Below, in pieces: positions 1 through 12,911 of a DNA stretch of 64,000 bases. Position 1 is the stretch's first letter; every line of letters begins with the position of its first letter. The translations under genes were made by a program, and so were the position numbers. The notes below the pieces were generated by a model. That model did not search any database, was not told where the DNA came from, and was given only the letters and a program-made list of their open reading frames with translations. The stretch comes from Octopus sinensis (taxonomy: Eukaryota): contig NC_043020.1 in assembly GCF_006345805.1 (NCBI RefSeq), forward strand, positions 8,246,001 to 8,310,000, written 5' to 3'.

Positions 1-2219
1 GGACTTATTCTTTGTAAGCCCAGTACTTATTCTATTGGTCTCTTTTGCCGAACCGCTAAGTGACAGGGACGTAAACCAGCATCAGTTGTCAAGCAATGCT
101 AGGAGGACATACACACACACATATATATATATATATACGACAGGCTTCTTTCGGTTTCCGTCTACCAAATCCACTCACAAGGCATTGGTCAGCCCGGGGC
201 TATAGCAGAAGACACTCGCCCAAGATGCCACGCAGTGGGACTGAACCCGGAACCATGTGGTTGGTTAGCAAGCTACTTACCACACAGCCGCTCCTGCGCC
301 TATTGATGAAATTAAAAGAAAGAACCCCAAAAACAGCATTATTAATAAAGTTAACAGGAAGCAAGCATAAACCCGTGTATGTACAATAAGAGTCAAACTC
401 TTTATTTTTCCAATTTTAATTTAAACCACAAACCGAAGATTTCCTGTGGATAAAGACCTTCAATAATCAACATGTCATTTTGGAAAGTAAAAAAAGAAAC
501 ATGAATATCTGTTCAATTAATCGGATATTTTATTAAAAACATATCATGTAAGAAGTACCCAGTATACTCTGTAAAGTGGATGGTATTAGGAAGGGCGTCC
601 AGCTGAGGAAAATACGCCTAAACAGAGGACGTTGATGCAGTCCTTAAAGCATTCAACCCATGCCAGCATGGAAAACACATATTGAATGATGACCATGATG
701 ATGATGATGATGAATGTCAAGAATTACTTTAGCATGAATCAGGGTTTATGCATTATGTTTTAAAGCAAATGTTTCCATTATTTCATTGAAACCCACTCTC
801 AATATTAGGGCCAGCACAGTCTTTGGGGTCATTCAGTGTCTCCCTTGTTATCATGCTCCTTCAAAAAGTTCTTGGTGTTATTTTACTTTGCTGAAAGATC
901 TCTCAGCAGATGTTTATTGTAACAGGTAAATATGTAGAGTTCAAATTCCGCCGAGGTTGACTTTGCCTTTCATCCTTTCGGGGTCGATAAATTAAGTACC
1001 AGTTACACACTGGGGTCGGTATAATCGACTTAATACCTATGTCTGTCCTTCTTTGTCCCCTCTGTGTTTAGCCCCTTGTGGGTAATAAAGAAATAGGTAA
1101 ATATGTAGAACATTTGCTGTGTAGTATTATGTAGTTTTGGAAAAAGATAATTTAACTTTGTACATTATTTTTTTGTATTTAAAAAAGTCGATGTGGGGGT
1201 CCCTCCTCCCCCCTTTCCATACTTTCACCAAAAATTTGATGCATGTATCGTCTTAAGGTACCTCATTTCCACTTGCATGGATCTTGAGAGATTGCTTGGT
1301 TGTTTCTCCTGAAATCTTGTGCATACAACACCGAGTTCATCTTGTTCTACTGCAGTGCATGGTTTGCATCAAGAATGCCCCTCAGCATGTGAGGTCGTTT
1401 ATTTTATTGCATGTGTGCAACATTGCTGTACTTACCTTGCATCAAAAGAAACACCTTTAATAAGTCTACTAACTTTCCGTAGCCATCCTAGCGAAATGTG
1501 GTATATTTTGTCGTAGCACCTCTTCTATACACACTGCTGCAATATCGTCACTAGACTGTGTATATAGAGAGCTGCGACTTCTAATGTATAATTTTTGTAT
1601 ATTATTTGTGTCATTTAACCTCATCAGCTTCTAAAACATTCTGCAACAGAACCAGACTTTGCAGGAGTGAAAACTATGGCCCTATATTTTCACAATTCTA
1701 ATGTTTTTTTTGTTTTTTTTTCTCTTTTTACTAATCCTCTGACGGTATCCTAGCATGGCCACACCCAACTAGTTGAATCCTGTATTTCAGTAGCTGAAAC
1801 TAGGGTAAAACATTGAACCAGTTTCTATTCTGTTGGGACAAAAACTTAAAATAGATTTATTTGAAGAAAACAAAACTATTATATTCTGGACTAATTAAAC
1901 TCGTCTCTTGTCTGAAAAATTATAATTGTATTTTTATTCATTTCATACAATTAGATATTGATTAAAAATGACAACACAGTAGCATCTTTGTTTGTGTGTG
2001 TGCGTAAGTATTTGGCCCTGTGGTTGTTAGTGTGTTGAGCTCATGACCATAAGGTTGTGGGTTCGATTCCTGCCCCAGGCAGCATGTTGTGCCATGGAGC
2101 AAGGTGCTGTGTACCCATACTGTTTCAACTCTCTCTCTCTCCCTCCATGTCCTGTTCGGTTGAGGGTGTAAGGACCACGAGGAGGTCTGTATCCACTCAC
2201 AACAACACAGACACCTTAA

Positions 2220-2440
2220 CCCTTTAGCATTTAAACCAGCCACATCTCAACCAAAATACTCTCCCTGTTTTAGGTTCAAACTGGCCAGATCCAGCCTCTC
2301 ACACCTACCCTACAATGTCGTTCTAGAAATAAACAATCACATCACTGTAATCTCAGAGCTTTGAGATAATGCATGATTAATTCAAAACAATGTGAATACA
2401 AAAGCATGACATTTGGCAGAACAATCTGAATGCTAAAGGG
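2220..2440. mobile_element. piggyBac-type MITE, family 1
   Basis: TTAA-CCCTTTAGCATT ... AATGCTAAAGGG ends; same body as 25385-25602, 57220-57922 and 58115-58333. Confidence 0.7.
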
Positions 2441-4793
2441 TTTAACAATTAACGAAAGCCAGGTACAGTCTGCCAGGCCATGCTTGCAAGTGGTGACTGA
2501 GTTTATTTGTTTTTCTTTTTGGTTTTGTAGTTGGATGAATTAAAACTGAATCTGCTCTGTAAACATTCAGTTTTGGGTACCTTATTGTGTTCATATTACA
2601 ATATACAGACATAACCTAAGTTTTCAGGGTTTCTTGATCAACCCCCTTCATTACTGACTCATCTGAGGCCTTCTCTGGATTTTACATTTGAAAACTCTTC
2701 ACATCAAAGTGTTCATATTTGAATTAAACCTTTTACCACATGACTTTCGGAAACATTTTTTCATGCTCAGAGTTGCTGAAGCATGGAATAAAACTACCTG
2801 CGTCAGTTGTTGACTGCCATGACACTGCATCCTTTAAGGCCCTCATGCTTTCCGAAATCCGCCGAAACTACACCTGATTATATATACACTTTAGATGAGT
2901 TGTAGTGCACCTGAGCACTTTACACAATTATTATTATTATTATTAAATAAGATATGTCCATTCAAAATTTCATTGCTTTTAACAACGGAAAGCAGTTTTA
3001 TACACCCAATCTAGTTTTTCGTTGAGGAGTGTCATGTTTGGAACTATTTTTTGTTTTGAAGATATGTCATTTTTATTAATGCATCGTGACTTGTAGAGAA
3101 TACCAATTCTGTGTTTTGGTAAATATTTATCATTGCTGAAATAACTAAGAAATTTAATTTCACAGTATACATTATTTTGATATATTTCACACTACATGAT
3201 CAGTATTTTTATATATTTTATACTATTACATCTAATTATGCAGCTAGTTTTTCAATATACTCTTTTACTTGTTTCAGTCATTTGACTGCGGCCATGCTGG
3301 AGCACCGCCTTTAGTCGAGTAAATCTACCCTGGGACTTATTCTTTTTTTTGTAAGCCCAGTACTTATTCTATCGGTCTCTTTTTGCCGAACCGCTAAGTG
3401 ACAGAGACGTAAGCACACCAGCATCGGTTGTCAAGCAATGCTAGGGGGACAAACACACATACATATTATATATATATATATATATACATATATACGACAG
3501 GCTTCTTTCAGTTTCCGTCTACCAAATCCACTCACAAGGCATTGGTCGGCCCGGGGCTATAGCAGAAGACACTTGCCCGAGATGCCACCTTTTAGTATTG
3601 ACTATTATAGCAATATGCAGTCACTATTTTTTAATTCCTTTAACTGCAGAAATCAGATATATTCTTTCAAAACTGCAGAAAGCGATTTTATTTACCAATC
3701 TGTCTCTTGTTGAGGAATGTCGTGTTTGAAACTATTTTCTGTTTTTGAAATATGTCAAGTTTACTGAGGCAACATGACTTACAGAAAATATCAATTCTAT
3801 TTTTTTGGTAGATATTTTTTAACATCATAATTTGAATTAATAAACTCTTGTTAATATGTTCCAAACACTAAATATTGGGAGGAAAAGCCATCTCACTAAA
3901 TTCCTTCTCCAAATTCTTGATTATTTTCTAAATTAATTCAAACCCGTAGACAACAGATGTCGTTGGAAACGGTCAAGTTTGGTAGGAACTTGTTTAGGCA
4001 CAAATCAACCTTGATTAAACAGACCTGTAATTAAAGTCATTCCAAATATTTAGTCCCGTCCATTTTTGAGATTGTCATTGCCTTTTTTTTTAATTCATTG
4101 TGGGATCAATAAAACACAGTACCAGTCAAATCCTGGTGTTTTAACCTTTTTCTTGCCAACTTTTTGCAGAAACACTGCTTTTGTTTCAATTAATTTTGAA
4201 AACAAAGAATTTTAGTAAAAGGGTTAAGGTGTCTGTGTTGTTGTGAGTGGACACAGACCTCCTCTTGGTCCTTACACCCTCTTCTTTCAAACTTAGTACA
4301 TCTAGGACTGCATTAGATTGTCTCCTTCAATTACAGTGTCTCTATGACAACATTATCTAATGTCCTTCATTAAGACAGTGTTCTGATGATTTGGCTGCTA
4401 TATCAAGCAAACTGGGTACCCTCATTAGTTTTGGACATTCCTGGTAGTTGACCCAGGCAAGAGGAACATGTAGAAATTAAAGCTACAATACACAATGACC
4501 TAGCCTGGATTTGAACTTGGCTCTTGAGGCTAGTTGAGTAATCCTATACCAGTGCTACCTCTCTTGACCGCTTTCCTTCTGTGTGATTTACAGGCTCTTT
4601 ATACCCACACACAGAGGGCACGTGTGTAGCCCAATTTAGCACACCATTTCTGTTGACATCAGCAAAACCCAAGGTTGAACATTGAACTTCACAGCAGAGC
4701 TGATGGGGGAGTGTGAGAGGGAGATGTGTCACTTGTGTGGCAAGGATGTTATAGTAATGTGTGTACGTGTATGAATGCATATGTGCCTCTCTC

Positions 4794-4852
<59 letters not shown>

Positions 4853-4888
4853 AGAAGCACACACACCTGTATATATATCTACATACAC

Positions 4889-4929
<41 letters not shown>

Positions 4930-7359
4930 CGAGAGGTGTGTGTGTAATGCAATATTTATAAGCTATTATTAATTATTGCCTTATCTACTTTGAGTCCTAT
5001 TGCTAAAAATTAAGATACAGATTTATTTTTAGATATATGTGGAGGCGGAGGAGTGTGTAAGGTAGGTGGGAGGTACAGTGGCCTGTATATATATATATAT
5101 GATCTGTCAAGAATTTGATAGCCTTTGATCTCTTCCGGCACCATGCTTGGCACCATGCTCGAAGCGTGTGAAGGTCTCGCCCAGGACCAGCAGTGTTGTC
5201 ACCTCACAACACTCTCCTCTTCTTCTAAACCAATAATCACTCGGGCCCATTATCACCTCATTTACTATTCAAAGTCATCCTAATTATCACTCATTATTTA
5301 TTGACTGATAATTAATCTGCTTTCAAGATGCTTTCTATTTCTAACCGAGTAGATGATGATTGTGTTGGTGGCGATGGTGTTGTTGTTTAGCCTCACATGA
5401 GCCCACATTGAGTAAACATACAATCAGAAGCCTACACATATTTTTGTATATTAGGGATCATGCCATCTGATGTATCCTTTAAGACAATCCTTTAAGACAA
5501 TAGGGTGTGATTTGAGGAAGATTTGGCTGTTGTCTCTGGCAAGCTGAGCTACATTTTCATTGCTGTTGTAATTAGTGGCATCAAACCAAAGTGTACCTGG
5601 GAAGTCTCTGTAACTAGGGGGAACTTGTAGTTTAGTAGCAATTGTACCAGAAACTGGGGCTTTTGAGTGAGACATGGCCCTCTGCTCCATCTAGGAAGGT
5701 GAGTAACCTTGAATATGAACAAATTCAGCTTGTGATGGCTGGCTCAACCCATGGCAACATGTGAAAACAGACATAATAGGATGATGATCAACATCATCTT
5801 TATTTAATGCCTATCTTCCATGCTGGGATGGGTTATTATTATTATTATTATTAAGGTGGCAAGCTGGCAGAATCATTAGCGTGCTGGATGAAATGCTTGG
5901 GCTGTAGAAGCCATCTTGACAACAGATTAATTATCAGTCAATAAATAATGAGTGATAATTAGGATGACTTTGAATAGTAGATGAGGTGATAATGGGCCTG
6001 GCTCCTGTGCCGGTGGCACATAAAAAGACCATCCAAATGTTGCCAGCGCCGCCTTGGCTGGCACGTTAAAAGCTCCAACCGATCGTGACCGATGCCATAC
6101 CCCCCCTGGCACCTGTGCAGGTGGCACGTAAAAAGCACCCACTACACTCGCGGAGTGGTTGGCGTTAGGAAGGGCATCCAGCTGTAGAAACATTGCCAGA
6201 TAAGACTGGAGCCTGGAGCAGCCCCTGGCTTCCCAGACCCCGGTCGAACCGTCCAACCCGTGCTAGCGCGGAAAACGGACATTAAACAATGATGATGATG
6301 AAGAGGAAGAAGAGAGTGTTGTGAGGTGACAACACTGCCGGTCCTGGGCGAGAGCTTCACACGCTTTGAGCATGGTACCAGAAGAGATCAAAGGCTATCA
6401 AATTCTTCACAGATCATATACAGGCCACTGTACCTCCCACCTATCTTACACCTGTCACTTTGTTCAGAGTTCAAATTCCGCCAAGGTTGACTTTGTCTTT
6501 CATCCTATTGGGGGTCGATTCAATAAGTACCAGTTACGCACTGGGGTCAGTGTAATCGACTTATCCCCTCCCTACAGATTTCAGGCCTTGTGCCTATAGT
6601 ACAAAGGATAATAATAATTATTAGCATCAGATCATTATTTTGAACTTCAGTGTTGATAGTCCACCCAGACGAGCCCTGTTCCAATAAAACTGTAGTAAAT
6701 GGCATTCCATCCATGCCCACTCCATATTTTCTAAACAAAAGAAAAAAAAAACGTGGGGAGTAGTTTCGAAGCAGCTCATTTGACTGCTATCTCTAGCAAG
6801 TTGAGTAACTGCATAGAAAAGCTTCCTCACATGGTGAAGGATTCAACTGACAAATAACAAACGACTAATGACTAATGAATAATGATTAATTATTTTGTCT
6901 CCCTGTTCAGAGCTCAAGCTGTCAGTGGTAGTCTACCATTAAAATCAATCCCTGTTCATCTGACATCAGCTTCCTGATGTTCCAATGGTGAGTGGTGATA
7001 GGTCTTGGTAAAGTTAAGTACCAGCCATATATTGGGGTCGAGGCTGGCGACTGCACCACTTCCAGATGGAAACATTTGTATTTTATCTTTTCCAAAGATA
7101 TTCTTTATTATTTAGCCATTCATCTTATGCCACTTGACTTCTTAAAAACAGCAGCCAATCCCCCCTCAAACTCTTAAAAACAGAAAGTGTGCATACTCTT
7201 AAAAAAAAAAAAAAAGATGAGATGGTCATGGCTGGAATACCTCTGATCCTAGGTCTACTTAATCAAAGTTGACCTATAAACAACTATCACTTCAGACAAA
7301 CCAACAAGGATGGTCAGCTAAAGAACAACAGCCCTTGATATAATAAAATGGTACTTTAT

Positions 7360-7592
7360 GCGGTGAGCTGGCAGAAACATTAGCACGCCAGGCAAAATGC
7401 TTGGCGGTATTTCGTCTGCCGTTATGTTGTGAGTTCAAATTCCGCCGAGGTCGACTTTGCCTTTCATCCTTTCAGGGTCGATAAATTAAGTACCAGTTAC
7501 GCACTGGGGTCGATGTAATCGACTTGATACCTATGTCTGTCCTTGTTTGTCCCCTCTGTGTTTAGCCCCTTGTGGGCAATAAAGAAATAGGT
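7360..7592 (+). mobile_element. tRNA-derived SINE family B (about 235 bp); representative copy
   Basis: GAGCTGGCAGAAAC...GAGTTCAAATTCC (B-box)...AATAAAGAAATAGGTA. Other copies at about 941-1097, 11676-12068, 37016-37222(-), 53407-54097, 57243-57478, 60465-60688, plus diverged relics. Confidence 0.9.
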
Positions 7593-7776
7593 ACTTTATG
7601 CAATGGTACTTTATATATAACAGTTTCTGGTTGTGGTACGTGGGAGGGCTGGGTATAAATGCTGTTGTGAATGTACCCTATGAAACACATGGGTGTGGTG
7701 GGGTGGGGTAGGCCTTGGGCTGTGACCCTTTGACACCGACTAATGAATTTTCTTTCTTTGTGTTCTCTACTTGTAG

Positions 7777-7890
7777 ATTGTAACCAGTGATGAAGATTAC
7801 CGTAAGAAGTCCCTCGAGGTCGATGACACCCCTGTCCTACCCGAGTTCATTGGCGAAACACATATCCTCACAGAAGAGCAAATTACTACG
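7777..7890 (+). CDS. OXR1: OXR1/NCOA7/mustard-like TLDc gene, first coding exon visible in window (IVTSDEDYRKK...PEFIGETHILTEEQITT)
   Basis: Pyrimidine tract plus TTGTAG acceptor ending 7776, 114-nt open frame, GTAAG donor at 7891, phase 0/0. The end aligns to the pre-TLDc segment of OXR1 and joins the next exon in frame. OXR1 versus NCOA7 orthology is not resolvable. Confidence 0.85.
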
Positions 7891-8126
7891 GTAAGCCCCA
7901 ACATAAGTCTTTTTATCTCTCACTCGTTTCAGTCATTGGACTGCGGCCATGCTGGGGCACCACTCTGAAGAGTTTTCAGTCGAATGAATCAACCCCAACA
8001 CGTTTTTATTTTTTAAAGCCTGGTACTTATTCTATCAGCCTCTTATGTTGAAACCACTAAGTTATGGGGATGTAAACAAACCAACATATGTTGTGAAGTG
8101 GTGGTGAGGGAGAACAAACACACATA

Positions 8127-8297
8127 GAGGGGGTGCTGAAAAGTTCCTGGCTTTGGGTAAAAGAAAATACAGGAGGATCAATTATGATTTTATTCAACGT
8201 ATTCCCCTCACAGATTCACACATTTACTGCAGCGGGCCTTCACTTCTTCTAAGTCCTGTAAACGAACTCAGAAAGCCAGGAACTTTTCAAAACCCTC
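8127..8297. mobile_element. Mariner-type MITE inserted in the microsatellite of an older SINE
   Basis: TIRs GAGGGGGTGCTGAAAAGTTCCTGGCTTT / AAAGCCAGGAACTTTTCAAAACCCTC, TA on the left; related copies at about 53193 and 54143. Confidence 0.7.
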
Positions 8298-8343
<46 letters not shown>

Positions 8344-9099
8344 GCACACATACAACAGGCTTCTTTCAGTTTCCATCTACCAAATCCACTCACAAGGCTT
8401 TGGTCAGCCTGAGGCTATAGTAGAAGACACTTGCCCAAGGTGCCAGGCTGTGGAACTGAACTCAAAACCATGTGGTTGGGATGCTAGCATCTTACCATTG
8501 CAGCCACACCTCTGCCTGTTCTTGAGAAAGACTTCTTTCTTCAACATGTAAAAAGCACCAATCCAATCGTGGCCGTTTGCCAGCCCCATCTGGCACCTGT
8601 GCCGGTGGCATGTAAAAAGCACCCACTACACTCATGGAGTGGTTGGTGTTAGGAAGGGCATCCAGCTGTAGAAACATTGCCAGATCAGACTGGGCCTGGT
8701 GCAGCCTTCTGGCTTCCCAGACCCCAGTTGAACCGTCCAACCCATGCCAGCATGGAAAGCGGACGCTAAACGATGATGAATGTGTTTTCTTTTCATTGTT
8801 TCATCTGTATTGTGTGGTTTGACCAATGCTGAACTTGCTAATTTACAGGGGCTCAAACAAACCAAAGCTTATCAAATAGGGGTGGTGGTGGTGGTGATGG
8901 GGTAAACATAAAGGGACGCACACACACAACAGGCTTCCACACAGTTTCCGTCTGAATGAAATTAAGCAGATGGATACTGTGTGGAAGCCTAGCTGCAATC
9001 GAACAACTAAAGCCTCCTACTTTTCTCCCACTGTCACTCACATTCCCTGTTCGTTTGATTGTTTTTAAAGTACCTCCATTTCTTTTCGTGCTTGTGCAG

Positions 9100-9252
9100 T
9101 TGGTGGAGCATCTACCCGGCCGTACAGTGGGTTACTCCTGGATACTCATATACAGTACAGACTTACACGGCTTCAGTTTGAAAACTCTCTACCGAGACAT
9201 GACCAACTACGAGAGTCCAGTCTTATTGACTGTCCGTAACACTCAGAGTCAG
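9100..9252 (+). CDS. OXR1: TLDc exon (LVEHLPGRTVGYSWILIYSTDLHGFSLKTLYRDMTNYESPVLLTVRNTQSQ)
   Basis: Matches OXR1 'LTKHLPPRTIGYPWTLVYGTGKHGTSLKTLYR...PVLMVIKD'. Acceptor GTGCAG ends 9099; donor is CAG|GCAAGT (GC-AG). Confidence 0.92.
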
Positions 9253-9572
9253 GCAAGTACCATTTCTTGTATCGTTGGTGTGGGGTGGGGTAGAGGGAGA
9301 ACCTGTGCCTGGACAATAATTAGAGAAAAATTATATTTTCTTTGAAGTCCCTAAATCTTAGGGGTAGCATTGCCCCTTTTTTTAAATCCTTGTTTCTTGT
9401 CACAGCTGTTAGCCCATCCTAACCAAGTTGCAGAGGGAGAACCTGTGCCTGGACAATAATTAGAGAAAAATTATAATCTTAGGGGTAGCATTGCCCCTTT
9501 TTTTAAATTCTTGTTTCTTGTCACAGCTGTTAGCCCATCCTAACCAAGTTGCAATATTTGTTCTTGTTACAG

Positions 9573-9668
9573 GTGTTTGGTGCTTTAATATCATGTCCTC
9601 TGAAAGTTAGTGATCACTTCTACGGCACCGGAGAATCCTTCCTGTTCACCTTCCATCCAAAGTTCAGG
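9573..9668 (+). CDS. OXR1: TLDc exon (VFGALISCPLKVSDHFYGTGESFLFTFHPKFR)
   Basis: Hallmark 'VFGA...FYGTGE(S/T)FLF' TLDc motif; TTACAG acceptor, GTGAGT donor, 96 nt, phase 0/0. Confidence 0.95.
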
Positions 9669-9924
9669 GTGAGTATTCGGATCAGAGACAATGTGTGAGA
9701 GAAAGTGAGAGATGGATTTTACTGTTTTTATTTGTATTTCTTGCACCAGGATCCATTGTTTTGACATGCTTTCTACGGCCGGATGCCCTTCTTAACACAC
9801 ACACACACATAAAATCCCCATCTCTACAGGTACAACCTTTTCTTTTTTTTACCATTATTCTATCCTATTTACGTCACTTTTGTCTTCTTTCGTTGTTAAT
9901 TTCTGTATTTTACTTTCGTTCCAG

Positions 9925-9998
9925 ATTTTCCGTTGGACTGGAGAAAATAATTTCTTTGTAAAAGGCAACCAAGAAAGTTTGGTTATTGGTGCTGGAAA
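9925..9998 (+). CDS. OXR1: TLDc exon (IFRWTGENNFFVKGNQESLVIGAG-K)
   Basis: Matches OXR1 '[24 protein letters not shown]'; TTCCAG acceptor, GTAAGT donor, ends in phase 2. Confidence 0.95.
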
Positions 9999-12243
9999 GT
10001 AAGTGCAAAGTATTAATGCGTATCCCTGTGGTTTTCTCTCCTTAAGCAGCTCTGCAACTTTCCTCTATTTCATTAATATCCTTTACCTTAGTCACCTTTT
10101 TCAACCCTAATGGTTTATACCCTACTCTACACTTGACTGCAAACCAAGCCAAAGAGAGAAACTATGTGGTAGAGTGGCCTGCTAAATATAGCAACTAAAT
10201 CTCACCCAAATCATGTGCATTAAAAAATAAAAGGAATGGATTAGTGGTGGGTTGATGATATTGGTTAATCTCTTCCTCTCAAAATCGCTGTCTTTTTTTT
10301 ATGCCTTAATCCTTACCATCAGCGTCTAATGTCTGTGTTCCCTTCTGGCATGGGTTGGGCAGTTTAACAGGATCCGGCAGTCTCAAAGGACTGCATCATG
10401 CTCCAATGTCTGCTTTCGCAGGGTTCCTACTACTCAATGCCCTTCCTAATGCCAACCACTTTACAGCATGGATTGGGTGCTTTTTATTCATGCCATCTGC
10501 ACTATTGAGGTCGCAGTGCAGTTCACAACCCTTGGGGTGGTGGTGAGATAAGCCAAGGGGATTACTAGGTGTGGGGTGGAGCAAAGAGACAATCAGCAGG
10601 AGCTTCAAAAGACAGATAATGACAATAAGGTACTCAGGTGGATCCCAACAACGCACAAGGTGAATAGAAAATGAGTGGCAGAATAGTGGGGGCAGAATTG
10701 TTAAAGAACTGGAAGAGTTTTTCTTCCAGTTCTTTGTTTTGAGTTCAAATCCTGCTGAGGTCAACTTTACTTTTCATCCCTGCAAAATTGCTGGCTTTGT
10801 GCCGTAATTGGAAACCATTAGTATTATTATTAAGGTGGTGAGCTGGCAGAACCGTTCAAATTGCCAGGCAAAATGCTTAGCAGCATTCTGAGTTCAATTC
10901 TGCCACGGTCGACTTTGCTTTTCATCTTTTCGGGGTTGATGAAATAAGTACCAGTTACATACTGGGGTTGATATAATCGACCAGCCTCCTCCCCCACAAT
11001 TTCAGGCCTTGTACCTACTATAATAAAAAGGATTATTATTATCATCATTATCAAGGGTTAGCACACCAAAAGAAAACACTTAGTGGCATTTCATCCATCT
11101 TTACGTTCTGAGTTCAAATTCTGGCATGGTCAACTTTACTTTTCATCCATTTGGGGGTTGATGAAAATAGTACCAGTTACATAATGGGGTTGATACAATC
11201 AACCAGGCCACTCCCCCCACAATTTCAGGCCTTGTATCTATAGCAGAAATGATTATTAAGCTGCCAGACAAATCTGTTTAGCAGCATTTCTTTCAGTTTC
11301 ACATTCTGGGTTCAAATGCCATTGCAGTCAACTTTGCCTTTCACCCTTGCAGGGGTTGACAGATAATTAAGCACCAGTTGAGCCCCGGGATCAGCATAGT
11401 TGACTGGCCATCTCCTACAAAATTCCAGGCCTTGTGCCTAAAGTGGAAATACTAAGCAGGGTAAGCACTGAAGATGGTGCCACATAAAAAGCACCCAGTG
11501 CCACTCTGTGAAGTGGTCAGCATTATTAGGAAGGGCATCCAGCTGTGGAAACCAAGCTGAAATAGACTATGAAACCTGGTACAGTCCCGGCCCTTGCAAT
11601 TTCATCCCAAGTGATCCAACCTATGATGACGAATTGGCGGAACCAGTAGTGTCAGATGAAATGCTTTGTGGTATTTAGCTGGCAGAAACGTTAGCACGCC
11701 GGGGGCGAAATGCTCAGCGGTATTTCGTCTGCTACGTTCTGAGTTCAAATTCCGCCGAGGTCGACTTTGCCTTTCATCCTTTCGGGGTCGATAAATTAAG
11801 TACCAGTTACGCACTGGGGTCGATGTAATCGACTTAATACCTATGTTTGTCCCCTCTGTGTTTAGCCCCTTGTGGGTAATAAAGAAATAGGTATTTCGTC
11901 TGCTACGTTCTGAGTTCAAATTCCGCCGAGGTCGACTTTGCCTTTCATCCTTTCGGGGTCGATAAATTAAGTACCAGTTACGCACTGGGGGTCGATGTAA
12001 TCGACTTAATACCTATGTTTGTCCCCTCTGTGTTTAGCCCCTTGTGGGTAATAAAGAAATAGGTATTTAGTTACCATCCTTTACATTGTGAGATCAAATC
12101 TCACCAAGGTTAACTTAGTTTTTTTTTTTTTTGGTGGGGGGTCATTTAAATGAACAAGTTTTCCCTCCCCCCAAAGTCTATAGTCTGGTACCAATGTCAG
12201 ACATTGTTGTTAATCTATTGTTGATATTGTTTGTTATTTTTAG

Positions 12244-12379
12244 GGGCTTCTTTGGTTTATGGTTCGACGGAGATCTCTACCATGGCCGGAGCCATCCTTG
12301 TGATACTTTTGGCAATGACGTCCTTTGCGAAGAAGAAGATTTTGTTGTGCAAGCGTTTGAGGCTTGGGGTTTCGTATAA
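12244..12379 (+). CDS. OXR1: Terminal TLDc coding exon ([45 protein letters not shown])
   Basis: Matches OXR1 C-terminus '[22 protein letters not shown]...EDF...EIWAF'; phase 2 acceptor TTTTAG ending 12243; TAA at 12377-12379. Confidence 0.95.
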
Positions 12380-12390
12380 GGTAGGGGTTC

Positions 12391-12423
<33 letters not shown>

Positions 12424-12911
12424 CACCAACAAACCTACATACATGCAGGCATAAACACACACATTTTATGTTTTACTTGTTTCAGCCATTTAAATGTATC
12501 CACAATGGGGTTTGAAACAAATTTTGAGACACAAATTACATCATACCAAACATTTGAAGGGTTTCAACCCTGTTTCCATCTACTATAATCACTTGCAAGA
12601 CATTTGCTGGCCCAGGGCTATAATAGAGGATGGTATATATTTATATGTACATATATAAGAGAGATGAGTCTGAGGTATGATAAGAGTGAAAGAGTTTTCT
12701 CTGAGAGAGAGAAACATATAGCAAGATGAGAAAGCATGATAGTGAGAGAGAGATATAGAGATGTGTGAGAGAGAGAGAGGTAAAGACAGAGAGAGACACA
12801 CACAAAGAGAAAGATAGACAGAGAGAAAAAATTGATTGGTAGGGAGATAAAGTGACAGAGAGAGAGAGAGAGTGAATAAGTGATTTATATATATATATAT
12901 ATATATATATC

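Noticed and set aside
96-389. Recurrent ORF families (MLGGQTQTH..., MLAWVGRFDRGSGKPEG..., MDGSTGVWEARG...) suggesting a multigene family
   Set aside because: They are translations of SINE A and RTE 3'-end copies.
5033-5072. Possible upstream OXR1 exon ending TGGGAG|GT (the expected 'WE' junction)
   Set aside because: In-frame TAA at 5058, and the sequence lies in a repeat that has an inverted copy at 6302-6452.
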